Shown piece by piece: positions 26,452 through 34,025 of a DNA stretch of 64,000 nt. Within the stretch, counting starts at the first letter, position 1, and each line of letters starts with the position of its first letter. The position numbers and the translations under genes are program-made. The DNA is from a phage. The notes under the pieces were generated by a model. That model was not told the origin of the DNA. It ran no database searches and saw only the letters and a list, made by a program, of their open reading frames with translations. The stretch lies in the sequence record PZ445489.1; one strand, given 5' to 3'.

Positions 26452-26528
26452 GCGACCGGGGCTGGCTTGGTAATGGTACTCCCCTGTCACGGGAGAGAAT
26501 GTGGGTTCAAATCCCATCGGTCGCGCCA
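26452..26528 (+). tRNA. tRNA-Asp (anticodon GTC)
   Basis: Perfect acceptor gcgaccg/cggtcgc, anticodon stem ctccc/gggag, loop CTGTCAC, T-loop TTCAAAT, CCA. Confidence 0.75.
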
Positions 26529-26554
26529 AATTAATTTAGTATGAGAAATATGCT

Positions 26555-26902
26555 ATGATTAATGCTAAAGAAGAATTGTTACTTGCCCTAAAGAATACTA
26601 ATTCTGAAGTTAAGTGTATTAAGATAGAATTCGGTTATTATGGAGACAAAGAAGTTTGGGTATTACCCGTAGGTTATACAGAAAAAGATATTGAAGATTT
26701 TCTAAATAATCTAGACTTTAAATATGATTCTGGTTTCGGTGGACAATTGCTTTATGGTAACGTATGGTTTACTGATGGAACTTGGTTAGAACGTGGTGAA
26801 TATGATGGTTCTGAATGGTGGGAATATAAGACTACACCAGCAATTCCAGAGGAATGCCGAACAATTAATGGTGAAGTAGATCGTACTTTACTATTAAATT
26901 AA
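26555..26902 (+). CDS. hypothetical protein (115 aa)
   Basis: ORF. Confidence 0.5.
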   Translation: MINAKEELLLALKNTNSEVKCIKIEFGYYGDKEVWVLPVGYTEKDIEDFLNNLDFKYDSGFGGQLLYGNVWFTDGTWLERGEYDGSEWWEYKTTPAIPEECRTINGEVDRTLLLN

Positions 26903-27024
26903 CAAAATCTCAGTGCAGAACACGGAGCTAGCAATTCGGAAGTGCTGACTCATGATAAGCTGCCTATGTACTTGCGAAGCGGTCGTGTCCAAGACTCGGA
27001 CTCTTGCACTGAAAACAATCAAAC

Positions 27025-27145
27025 ATTCTAGCGTGGTTGATGGGGAAACCAGCTTGGCTAGGGCAGAAGCTCGTTCGATTCGAGTGAAAGAATGGTTCTC
27101 GTAAGTCCGCACAAGTGATAGCAGGTTCGAGTCCTGTCTAGAATG
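27025..27145 (+). ncRNA. tRNA-like RNA with about 50-nt internal expansion (about 121 nt)
   Basis: Perfect 7-bp acceptor pairing attctag/ctagaat 113 nt apart, canonical T-arm gcagg-TTCGAGT-cctgt, D-arm-like hairpin; no normal anticodon arm. Confidence 0.35.
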
Positions 27146-27334
27146 ACATATTCTGGAGGTTTTGTGAATTACAAAGAATTAGATCTTTTAGCAAATAAAT
27201 TCACAGAGCTATCTGATAACGTTGTATCAAAGGACTCCAACATAGATAATTTTATTACTGAATATCGTGATGGTATAATCTCTAAACAAGAGTTGTTAGA
27301 TAAAACGTATAAATATTTAAAGGGGTTCAGCTAA
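27143..27334 (+). CDS. hypothetical protein (63 aa)
   Basis: ORF; start overlaps end of tRNA-like element; weak RBS. Confidence 0.35.
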   Translation: MTYSGGFVNYKELDLLANKFTELSDNVVSKDSNIDNFITEYRDGIISKQELLDKTYKYLKGFS

Positions 27335-27631
27335 ACGGTTAAGCACTGTCCTACTTCGGACAGAGGGAGTAACACGTAGTCTCCCAAACTCCCCCAAATT
27401 TAGATTTCTGCTTCCTAGAGAACGGACTTCTGAATAAACAAGGCGATGAAGTTTCCGGCCGGTTCTAGTCGCTAAAGTCCCTCTAACGGGGCGTAAGTAA
27501 ATGAAAGTTTACTTATTATGTAGGTTCCGATAGATCGGCGGGTCTATTCTGGCATTTAAGAGAGGTCTCGCAAACTTCTTTGTCAGCCGTGGGGTTGGTA
27601 GCCTCCAGGTGGCCTACACAATAAGTAAATT

Positions 27632-27692
27632 TATTAAAAATTCATTTGCTATTCTGCTATATTATCTGTATAATATATTTTATAAAGTGAAG
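27632..27692 (+). promoter_or_regulatory. T5-type early promoter
   Basis: TTGCTA 27646-27651, 17-nt spacer, TATAAT 27669-27674. Confidence 0.65.
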
Positions 27693-27706
27693 AGAAGGAA
27701 AGCAAA

Positions 27707-27865
27707 ATGAAACACAAGATAGCTCAAGTTTTTATGACATTATGGTGTATGCCAATAGCTATAACAGCATTTAATCTAGATACTTTTACTATAGAAGAAA
27801 AATGTATCGGATTAGTTAGCGGCTTTAGTATGCTGGGCTTATCTTTGTTGTGGTTGAAGAAATAA
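27707..27865 (+). CDS. small hydrophobic membrane protein (52 aa)
   Basis: ATG after GAAGGAAAG RBS and promoter; below ORF-track cutoff. Confidence 0.4.
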   Translation: MKHKIAQVFMTLWCMPIAITAFNLDTFTIEEKCIGLVSGFSMLGLSLLWLKK

Positions 27866-27868
27866 TAT

Positions 27869-27946
27869 TCTCCGTGTAGCTCAGTTTGGCCAGAGCGTTT
27901 CGTTTGGGGCGATAGGGTCGGGGGTTCAAATCCTCCCACGGAGACC
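27869..27946 (+). tRNA. tRNA-Pro (anticodon TGG)
   Basis: Acceptor ctccgtg/cacggag, D-arm TAGCTCAGTTTGGCCAGAGC, loop TTTGGGG, T-loop TTCAAAT, CCA. Confidence 0.65.
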
Positions 27947-27952
27947 AAACAA

Positions 27953-28030
27953 TTGCGGGTTAGATCTCTGGTAGAGATCGCTAGTCTCATAAGCTAGAAA
28001 GAGGTAGGTTCGATTCCTGCACCCGCTTCC
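27953..28030 (+). tRNA. tRNA with anticodon CAT (Met, fMet or Ile2 undetermined)
   Basis: D-stem gatc/gatc, anticodon stem ctagt/gctag, loop CTCATAA, T-loop TTCGATT, CCA; position 1:72 is U-U. Confidence 0.6.
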
Positions 28031-28220
28031 ACTTTAATAGAGGATTTCGAAATGAAAGTATTTCGATTAGTAGTAAGTGACAAACGTTTAGGTAATAATA
28101 CCTCAAGATCCTTACTTGCACATTATGGTAAAAATTGGGATGAAGTAATGGCAGAGTTTAATACTAATCACCCTTACTTGAAAGTTCACTCTATTAAAGA
28201 GGTATATAATGGTTACTAAT

Positions 28221-28298
28221 AGATCGCTAGCTCAACTGGATAAGAGTAGCGGACCTTTAATCCGTCAGTTCTGGGTTCGAATCCCAGGCGATCTACCA
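28221..28298 (+). tRNA. tRNA-Lys (anticodon TTT)
   Basis: Acceptor agatcgc/gcgatct, D-arm GCTCAACTGGATAAGAGT, loop CCTTTAA, T-arm ctggg-TTCGAAT-cccag, CCA. Confidence 0.65.
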
Positions 28299-28302
28299 AA
28301 TT

Positions 28303-28376
28303 GCTCGGTTAGTTTAATGGGAGAACCCCGTCTTTACACGGCGGTTGTGATAGTTCGATTCTATCACCGAGTACCA
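28303..28376 (+). tRNA. tRNA-Val (anticodon TAC)
   Basis: Acceptor gctcggt/accgagt, anticodon stem ccgtc/ggcgg, loop TTTACAC, T-arm gatag-TTCGATT-ctatc, CCA. Confidence 0.65.
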
Positions 28377-28395
28377 ATTAACTCAAAATAAGGAA

Positions 28396-28764
28396 TTGCA
28401 AATGCAATTATCAAACAAGATTCAAGGTTATTTCGGTCATGTGACAATGGAGTTCGCATTGCAGCATGGCTGGGATATGGAAAAAGATCTATCGGAATTT
28501 TATGAGTCTCATAAAGAGATTGATCTTAGTTCTGTCTATTTGGGATTATCTACTGGTCAAGAACTTACAGAATATGATGTATTCAAGGCAAGTCAAGGTG
28601 AGATAACACCTAGTTTTGCCGAGTTCTGGCTAGGAATTACCTTGAAGGATAATGCACCAGATGAAGGTGTGGTTATGCAAAGTATGCACTCTGGAAGCTC
28701 TGATTACCTTTACGTTCGTGATGTAAAGGAACTACAGGAAATCGCTAAAAATGTACTTGCTTAA
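28396..28764 (+). CDS. hypothetical protein (122 aa)
   Basis: ORF with AAGGAA RBS. Confidence 0.5.
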   Translation: MQMQLSNKIQGYFGHVTMEFALQHGWDMEKDLSEFYESHKEIDLSSVYLGLSTGQELTEYDVFKASQGEITPSFAEFWLGITLKDNAPDEGVVMQSMHSGSSDYLYVRDVKELQEIAKNVLA

Positions 28765-28803
28765 TGCTTAATTTCTTGTTATAATATTTATATAAATTGA
28801 TGC
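28743..28803 (+). promoter_or_regulatory. T5-type promoter (overlaps 3' end of CDS)
   Basis: TTGCTT 28757-28762, 17-nt spacer, TATAAT 28780-28785. Confidence 0.6.
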
Positions 28804-29124
28804 GAAAATAGCTGCCTAGATACCAGGTGTATGACGTCTACACTAGCAGAGCTACCGAAAAAGAGATCCTCAGGATAAACGTCGTAGCAAAATTAGTCTG
28901 GTATCCATCAATTTAGTTCACTAAGGTATTAGCTCGACCTAGGACTGGCTGCCAAAAAGCACGATCCCTACAATTCGGGAGAAGTTCTAGATTAGTCCAC
29001 TAGATTCAGCGGCAACTGAATAGTGTATCGGGTTTGCGAGATGACGCAGTTCCTTCCGCTCGAAGCGAAGGTGCTGTAGTTACGCCGAGCTAATAGCCTT
29101 AGTAAACTTACAGGGGTTAACGCA

Positions 29125-29511
29125 GTGTGTACAAAAACATGTAGAGCCTGTGGGAATGAATATCCGTTAACAACCGAATATTTTTATTCGAATGGATTTA
29201 CTCCTAATGGCACAAAGAAGTGGAAGCCAACATGTAAAGCATGTGAAAAAGCTGAACGAGTAGCTGGACATGAAGAATTAATTAAAGAAGTATTTCCTGT
29301 ATTAGAATGTAGTATTTGTGGATATAATAGGTGTAAACAAGCCCTAGATTTCCACCGTACTAATCCAGAAGAAAAGGAATACTCCATTGCAAGGTTTAGA
29401 ACTTCTCGTAGAAACAGAGAAGTAGTAATAGCAGAACTTAAAAAGTGCGTACTATTATGCTCTAACTGCCATAGAGAAGTACATGCTGGATTAATAAATT
29501 TGGGCGAATAG
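29125..29511 (+). CDS. HNH endonuclease
   Basis: C-terminal LLCSNCHREVHAG HNH motif plus CxxC pairs; GTG start; stop codon lies inside tRNA-Ala acceptor stem. Confidence 0.6.
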   Translation: MCTKTCRACGNEYPLTTEYFYSNGFTPNGTKKWKPTCKACEKAERVAGHEELIKEVFPVLECSICGYNRCKQALDFHRTNPEEKEYSIARFRTSRRNREVVIAELKKCVLLCSNCHREVHAGLINLGE

Positions 29512-29577
29512 TGTCAGCGGGAGCACACCAGACTTGCAATCTGGTAGGGAGGGTTCGAGTCCCTCTTTGTCCACCAA
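29503..29577 (+). tRNA. tRNA-Ala (anticodon TGC)
   Basis: Acceptor gggcgaa/tttgtcc (2 G-U), anticodon stem ccaga/tctgg, loop CTTGCAA, T-arm gaggg-TTCGAGT-ccctc, CCA. Confidence 0.7.
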
Positions 29578-29582
29578 ATACG

Positions 29583-29659
29583 CGTGATTGATGGAATTGG
29601 CATACATACCGTCCTTAGAAGTCGGGTTTTGAGGGTTCGAATCCCTTGTCACGCACCAA
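29583..29659 (+). tRNA. tRNA, anticodon TAG (Leu codon CUA) with short variable loop
   Basis: Acceptor gcgtgat/gtcacgc, D-loop AATTGGCAT shared with tRNA at 24334, loop CTTAGAA, T-loop TTCGAAT, CCA. Confidence 0.55.
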
Positions 29660-29771
29660 ATTTGATGGTCAGAGTAAATTAAACCTACTATCTCGGTTGA
29701 GCTGTTTTAATGGGTTCGAATCCCAGCGAGGCGTAACTGCCTGGTGTGATAGAGGCATCATCTTATTATTG

Positions 29772-29862
29772 GAAGAGCAAATCGAATTGGCGACGAAAAC
29801 CGCTTGGAAAGTGGCTGACTGGTAAAACGGCTTGAGAGTTCAAATCTCTCCTCTTCCGCCAA
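29772..29862 (+). tRNA. tRNA-Ser (anticodon GGA)
   Basis: Acceptor ggaagag/ctcttcc, anticodon loop TTGGAAA, 18-nt variable arm, T-arm gagag-TTCAAAT-ctctc, CCA; architecture parallels E. coli tRNA-Ser. Confidence 0.65.
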
Positions 29863-29868
29863 ATAATA

Positions 29869-29958
29869 GAAGATAGGACGTAGTGGTACGTAACTGGTCT
29901 TGAAAACCAGCCCGCTGTAGCGATACGGTGATGGTTCGACTCCATTATCTTCTGCCAA
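29869..29958 (+). tRNA. tRNA-Ser (anticodon TGA)
   Basis: Acceptor agaagat/atcttct, perfect anticodon stem ctggt/accag, loop CTTGAAA, 19-nt variable arm, T-loop TTCGACT, CCA. Confidence 0.7.
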
Positions 29959-29977
29959 TTAGCTATAAGGAAACCTT

Positions 29978-30151
29978 ATGAGCAAAACAGTTACTGTAAC
30001 AATGAAGGATGGCAAAAAATTTAAAGCATGTCTTCATGAAACAGATAAGGGATGGATGGCTTACTTGCCACACCTAGATTCCACCGGGTATGGAATGACC
30101 CAACGTGAAGCTATTGTTGATGCTTTAAATGAGGCTTCTGCTGGTTTATAA
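29978..30151 (+). CDS. small protein (57 aa), possible HicB-like fold
   Basis: ATG after AAGGAAACC RBS; KDGKKFKACLHETDKGWMAYLPHLDSTGYG loosely recalls HicB-type antitoxin N-termini; unverified. Confidence 0.3.
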   Translation: MSKTVTVTMKDGKKFKACLHETDKGWMAYLPHLDSTGYGMTQREAIVDALNEASAGL

Positions 30152-30520
30152 AAAATTCTTGAAGTATGCCGGAATCGGTAGACGGGGCTGCCTAAAAGGT
30201 TTATAGGGAACATCCACTCCCTGCAACATACCTCATAAAGCGGCTGAGATAAATGGTCTATCTCGTGAAGGTTCAAGTCCTTCTGCTTCTTGATACATCT
30301 ATGGCTCAAAGTGTAACGGTGCTATTTGATGCTCTTGGTAAGACTTCCCCGACATGCGTTCGGGAGTAAGCTGCTAAGACTAGAGTAGAAGAGTTTCTGA
30401 GAGCCGCCACAATTGAAAATTCGTACTCGTCTTGAGCTGCGTGCAATAGGAGATAACTTGATTAGTATTCTAGAACATGCTAATTGAGGAAGGTTTCGCT
30501 AACCCTGCGAGTTTTCAATT

Positions 30521-30597
30521 GTGGCTATATCATAATTGGTTAATGATCCTGATTGTGAATCAGGCCTATGTGGATTCGAATTCCACTAGCCACCCCA
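30521..30597 (+). tRNA. tRNA-His (anticodon GTG)
   Basis: Acceptor gtggcta/tagccac, D-stem tcat/atga, perfect anticodon stem cctga/tcagg, loop TTGTGAA, T-arm gtgga-TTCGAAT-tccac, CCA. Confidence 0.75.
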
Positions 30598-30622
30598 AAT
30601 TAACTTAAATAGGAAATAAAAT

Positions 30623-30829
30623 ATGGCTGATTTCTGCAAACAATGCTCCATTGATATGTGGGGCAGAGATACTGGTGATCTTTCTGGTTTGATTACAGAA
30701 GCTGAGGTCAAAGAAGGTTATGGTGTAGTTGTGGTTTGCGAAGGGTGCGGAGTTATTCGAGTAGATCATGAAGGCAAACGTTTAGAAGATCCAAAAAGTA
30801 TTAAGAAGAAGGTTAGCCAAGTCGGTTAA
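30623..30829 (+). CDS. Cys-rich small protein (68 aa)
   Basis: CKQCS...CEGCG motifs; 3' end overlaps tRNA-Gln by about 23 nt. Confidence 0.4.
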   Translation: MADFCKQCSIDMWGRDTGDLSGLITEAEVKEGYGVVVVCEGCGVIRVDHEGKRLEDPKSIKKKVSQVG

Positions 30830-30882
30830 GGCTGGGGTCTCTGAAACCCCGATCAGTGGTTCGAACCCACTACCTTCTGCCA
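30807..30882 (+). tRNA. tRNA-Gln (anticodon CTG)
   Basis: Acceptor agaaggt/accttct, perfect anticodon stem ggggt/acccc, loop CTCTGAA, T-arm agtgg-TTCGAAC-ccact, CCA. Confidence 0.7.
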
Positions 30883-30888
30883 AACAGT

Positions 30889-30966
30889 TGGGGATTAGCT
30901 TAGCCTGGTCTAAAGCTTCGGCCTTTGAAGTCGAGATCATTGGTTCAAATCCAATATCCCCTGCCA
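30889..30966 (+). tRNA. tRNA-Gln (anticodon TTG)
   Basis: D-stem gctt/aagc, anticodon loop CTTTGAA, T-arm attgg-TTCAAAT-ccaat, CCA; position 1:72 is U-U. Confidence 0.6.
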
Positions 30967-30974
30967 AACAATAA

Positions 30975-31050
30975 GCGGTTAAGCACACGGGTTGTGTCGC
31001 AGGCCTTCCAAGCCTCGCTGAGTAGGGTTCGATTCCCTCTAGCCGCTCCA
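30975..31050 (+). tRNA. tRNA-Gly (anticodon TCC)
   Basis: Acceptor gcggtta/tagccgc, anticodon loop CTTCCAA, T-loop TTCGATT, CCA. Confidence 0.6.
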
Positions 31051-31066
31051 ACTTTAAGGGAACATT

Positions 31067-31288
31067 ATGCACGTTTTTGAGTTTCGTAATAAAAGTACTG
31101 ATAAACGAGTTATTGTTATTGGGGAAACATACCGAGCATACGAACAAACTGACGGTTCTGTTATCCTGAATGATGAGAAAGGAGGTTTTAGCTTTTATCC
31201 CAAAGAAACTTACGAAGAATTTCGTACAAAGTTTCTTCTACCAGACTGGCTAGAAGTAGCGCAGCAACGAGAACCCGAAGATGGCTGA
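31067..31288 (+). CDS. hypothetical protein (73 aa)
   Basis: ORF. Confidence 0.45.
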   Translation: MHVFEFRNKSTDKRVIVIGETYRAYEQTDGSVILNDEKGGFSFYPKETYEEFRTKFLLPDWLEVAQQREPEDG

Positions 31289-31445
31289 CAACCTAAAAGT
31301 CAAGATCGATAAACAAAAGAAACGTGTAGAAGTAGAGATTGGTGAAGAACGTGTAGCCTTCACCTTTGAATTTCTACAACAAATGGCAATGACAGTTATG
31401 ACTGATAAGTCTCCTGTTATTGAAAAAGAAATCCCGTTGAAATAA
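31281..31445 (+). CDS. hypothetical protein (54 aa)
   Basis: ATGGCTGA overlap with upstream stop; below ORF-track cutoff. Confidence 0.3.
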   Translation: MADNLKVKIDKQKKRVEVEIGEERVAFTFEFLQQMAMTVMTDKSPVIEKEIPLK

Positions 31446-31455
31446 CGGGATCATC

Positions 31456-31530
31456 GCTCCTAAAGCATTGCTGGCGATGCAGTTGCCTTGTAAGCATCTG
31501 AACCGGGTTCGATTCCTGGTGGGAGCACCA
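31456..31530 (+). tRNA. tRNA-Thr (anticodon TGT)
   Basis: Acceptor gctccta/tgggagc, D-stem gcat/atgc, anticodon loop CTTGTAA, T-loop TTCGATT, CCA. Confidence 0.65.
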
Positions 31531-31531
31531 A

Positions 31532-31592
31532 ATTTAAAAATTCATTTGCCTTCTCTCTTATTTCTTGTTATAATATCTATATAAATTAATGA
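31532..31592 (+). promoter_or_regulatory. T5-type early promoter
   Basis: TTGCCT 31546-31551, 17-nt spacer, TATAAT 31569-31574. Confidence 0.65.
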
Positions 31593-31604
31593 GAGGGAAA
31601 CCAA

Positions 31605-31895
31605 ATGAAACGTTATCTTTCTGTAGTATTCCAAACTGGTGGTCAAAGATATACCTATGAATTTCCATCTTCTTGGAAAATCAAAGAAGGTGATCAAGTA
31701 GTAGTGTTAACACCGCGTGAAGGATATAAAGTAGTAACGGTTAAACAAGTATTCCCAAAAGATCATGAACCAGCTAAAGGCATTCGCTATAAGATGATTC
31801 ATGGTGTGGTTCGTCAAGTACCACGAACTGAGGTAGAAGTAGATAAGACTGGAGAAGCTAAATTCCATTATACTTCTTACTTAGACAGTGTATGA
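31605..31895 (+). CDS. hypothetical protein (96 aa)
   Basis: ORF with GAGAGGGAAA RBS. Confidence 0.5.
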   Translation: MKRYLSVVFQTGGQRYTYEFPSSWKIKEGDQVVVLTPREGYKVVTVKQVFPKDHEPAKGIRYKMIHGVVRQVPRTEVEVDKTGEAKFHYTSYLDSV

Positions 31896-31910
31896 TGTAA
31901 ATATTCTAAT

Positions 31911-31987
31911 ACTTCGGTAGCTTAGCGATCTAAAGCACTCGGCTGATAACCGAGAGATCGGGGGTTTAAATCCCTCCCGGAGTACCA
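31911..31987 (+). tRNA. tRNA-Ile (anticodon GAT)
   Basis: Acceptor acttcgg/ccggagt, D-stem gctt/aagc, perfect anticodon stem ctcgg/ccgag, loop CTGATAA, T-loop TTTAAAT (atypical), CCA. Confidence 0.65.
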
Positions 31988-32083
31988 AATCTAGGAATTA
32001 AGACTATGCGTCCAGGAAAGTTTAAAAAAGCTAATTGGTCTAAAGAGTATAAAGAATACTTACTTAGTCTAGTAAAACATAAC

Positions 32084-32159
32084 AGTTAGTTGGCAGAGTG
32101 GTTATGCACCTCCTTCATACGGAGCGACTACAGTGGTTCAAATCCACTACTAACTACCA
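32084..32159 (+). tRNA. tRNA with anticodon CAT (Met, fMet or Ile2 undetermined)
   Basis: Perfect acceptor agttagt/actaact, anticodon loop TTCATAC, T-arm agtgg-TTCAAAT-ccact, CCA. Confidence 0.6.
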
Positions 32160-32196
32160 TTAAAAGAGCTAGAGATAGCTAAATATAGGAGCAATT

Positions 32197-32391
32197 ATGT
32201 TAACAGTTAAAATAATGTCCACTGATGGTGGTGAGCAGATTCATGTTGGTAAAAGCGTAGGGTTTAATCCCAGAAATAAAAGCATAGCTATTTCTGGAAT
32301 AGATCAAGCAATCTTCTTAAAAGAAGATGAAGTAGCATACGTTATGAACCAAACTGGTAAGACAGTTTCTGTATATCGTGGTAAACTATAG
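32197..32391 (+). CDS. hypothetical protein (64 aa)
   Basis: ORF with AGGAG RBS. Confidence 0.4.
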   Translation: MLTVKIMSTDGGEQIHVGKSVGFNPRNKSIAISGIDQAIFLKEDEVAYVMNQTGKTVSVYRGKL

Positions 32392-32433
32392 ACAATAAAG
32401 AGCTGAGCCAAATTCTAACATCAGGGAGATCTA

Positions 32434-32802
32434 ATGAAAGCATATCAAAATCTTAAGTCTGGCGTAATTAACCTTGTTCATGAAAATCAGATTATTCAGC
32501 TATACTCCGACAATGGTGAACTTAAACAGAAAGTTCTAGTTGAAGATCTAGAAGGTATCACACCACAATTCGATCCCGAAGCCTTCCGTGAAGTTAAGGT
32601 GGAAGTCGCCCCTCAAATCGAAGGTGGTCAGCACCTAAATGTCAATGTGTTAAGCCGTGATCAGCTTTTGGATGCGCAGAAACATCCTGAAAAATATCCT
32701 CAGTTGACCATCCGTGTCTCTGGCTACGCTGTTCGATTTAATGCACTGACTCGTGAACAACAGAACGACGTTATTAGTCGTACATTTACTCAGGCGATGT
32801 AA
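32434..32802 (+). CDS. grcA: autonomous glycyl-radical cofactor (GrcA/YfiD-like)
   Basis: C-terminal [34 protein letters not shown] closely matches the E. coli GrcA glycyl-radical region as I recall it. Confidence 0.8.
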   Translation: MKAYQNLKSGVINLVHENQIIQLYSDNGELKQKVLVEDLEGITPQFDPEAFREVKVEVAPQIEGGQHLNVNVLSRDQLLDAQKHPEKYPQLTIRVSGYAVRFNALTREQQNDVISRTFTQAM

Positions 32803-32883
32803 TGGGGTTTGGATACGATTTCTCCCAGCTACGCAAGGTAGTCGAGCAAACTCCGTTTATCTCCCAAGTTTTAGGAGAAATGT

Positions 32884-33198
32884 GTGGATCGAGCATTAAG
32901 ACGCCATCACCGGCAACGTGTGAAGAACAACCGCAAGAAGTATTGGACAGTCTTCCCACATGAAGAAAGCCCTAAGCGGTTAGGTATTATCACTACTACT
33001 CCTTGCATCTGTTCTTGTTGGATGTGCGGGAACCCTCGCAAATATTATAAGAATAGTAAAGCAGGCATGAAAATTTCGGAGATTAGGAAAATGGAAGCAA
33101 TGATTATGGGCATCTCAAATGATGAATTTGATGGCTTTGTAGGATTCGGAGAAGGAATTAGCTCAGGCTGTTTCGAAGATGAACGCCCCGATCTGTAA
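32884..33198 (+). CDS. hypothetical Cys-containing basic protein (104 aa)
   Basis: ORF. Confidence 0.4.
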   Translation: MDRALRRHHRQRVKNNRKKYWTVFPHEESPKRLGIITTTPCICSCWMCGNPRKYYKNSKAGMKISEIRKMEAMIMGISNDEFDGFVGFGEGISSGCFEDERPDL

Positions 33199-33202
33199 TT
33201 AA

Positions 33203-33243
33203 TAACAAACCCCAGCTATTGAATAAGTAGTCTGGGGTTTTTC
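33203..33243 (+). terminator. rho-independent terminator
   Basis: ccccag...ctgggg stem followed by TTTTTCTG. Confidence 0.55.
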
Positions 33244-33319
33244 TGTATAAAGGTACATAATATATGTATAACAAAATTCATCCACATTAGGTTAATTTAA
33301 AAGACTTAATGGAGGTAAT

Positions 33320-33667
33320 ATGAGCCGTACTTATCGTAAACAATCTGGTGATCAGTGGTGGAAGTCTAAAGAACAATTCTCTCAAGAATATTCTTTCATC
33401 AAAGAAAATGGCTACTGGATTCGTGTTATTTATGCTAAATCCTGGGATGATGTAGAACAGGAAATGAAGGAAGCAACCATTCGTAATGAGAAAAAGGATG
33501 GTTATAACTGGAATTCTATTAGTAAGAATGTTAAGTGGCATTCTAATAAAATGGTTCGTCAAGGGAATCGTCAAGAACTCCACCGCGTGATGAAAGATCC
33601 AGAAAATTATGATTATAATCGCGATCATGACATGCGTAAGCGTGGATTATGGTGGTGCTATGACTAA
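33320..33667 (+). CDS. hypothetical Trp-rich protein (115 aa)
   Basis: ORF with GGAGG RBS. Confidence 0.5.
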   Translation: MSRTYRKQSGDQWWKSKEQFSQEYSFIKENGYWIRVIYAKSWDDVEQEMKEATIRNEKKDGYNWNSISKNVKWHSNKMVRQGNRQELHRVMKDPENYDYNRDHDMRKRGLWWCYD

Positions 33668-33670
33668 ATT

Positions 33671-33731
33671 CTGAAATAATTCATTTGCTAAACCTCTCTT
33701 TTCTTGCTATAATATATTTATAAATTGATGA
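33671..33731 (+). promoter_or_regulatory. T5-type early promoter
   Basis: TTGCTA 33685-33690, 17-nt spacer, TATAAT 33708-33713. Confidence 0.65.
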
Positions 33732-33743
33732 GAGAGGTTTGAA

Positions 33744-34025
33744 ATGAAAACTCGTCTAGACTGTGCTGTTCATGTTCTTGAACATGATGTTGTGGGAACC
33801 TGTATGTCTTATCACGAAGCAGGTCGTTTAATTAAAGAACGTGTGGCAGATGTGTGCGGATTGAAGATTACTGCTGAGGAAGCTGATGATCTTTTAGGTC
33901 AAGCACTAGAGAAAACCGAAATGTTTCTCTGCGATTCTTGTTCTTGGTGGTGTGAAGCTCACGAACGTTCTTTCAACGATTATGATGTATGTCGTGATTG
34001 TAGTGGGGAGGATGAAGATGAATAA
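33744..34025 (+). CDS. Cys-rich acidic protein (93 aa)
   Basis: CDSCSWWCEAHE..CRDCSG motifs. Confidence 0.5.
   Translation: MKTRLDCAVHVLEHDVVGTCMSYHEAGRLIKERVADVCGLKITAEEADDLLGQALEKTEMFLCDSCSWWCEAHERSFNDYDVCRDCSGEDEDE

Noticed and set aside
27724-31147. ORF-track frames overlapping tRNA genes (27724..27990 minus, 28209..28391 plus, 29758..29958 minus, 30061..30309 minus, 30782..31147 minus)
   Set aside because: They run through hand-folded tRNA genes, lack RBSs, and their translations are low-complexity; treated as non-coding.
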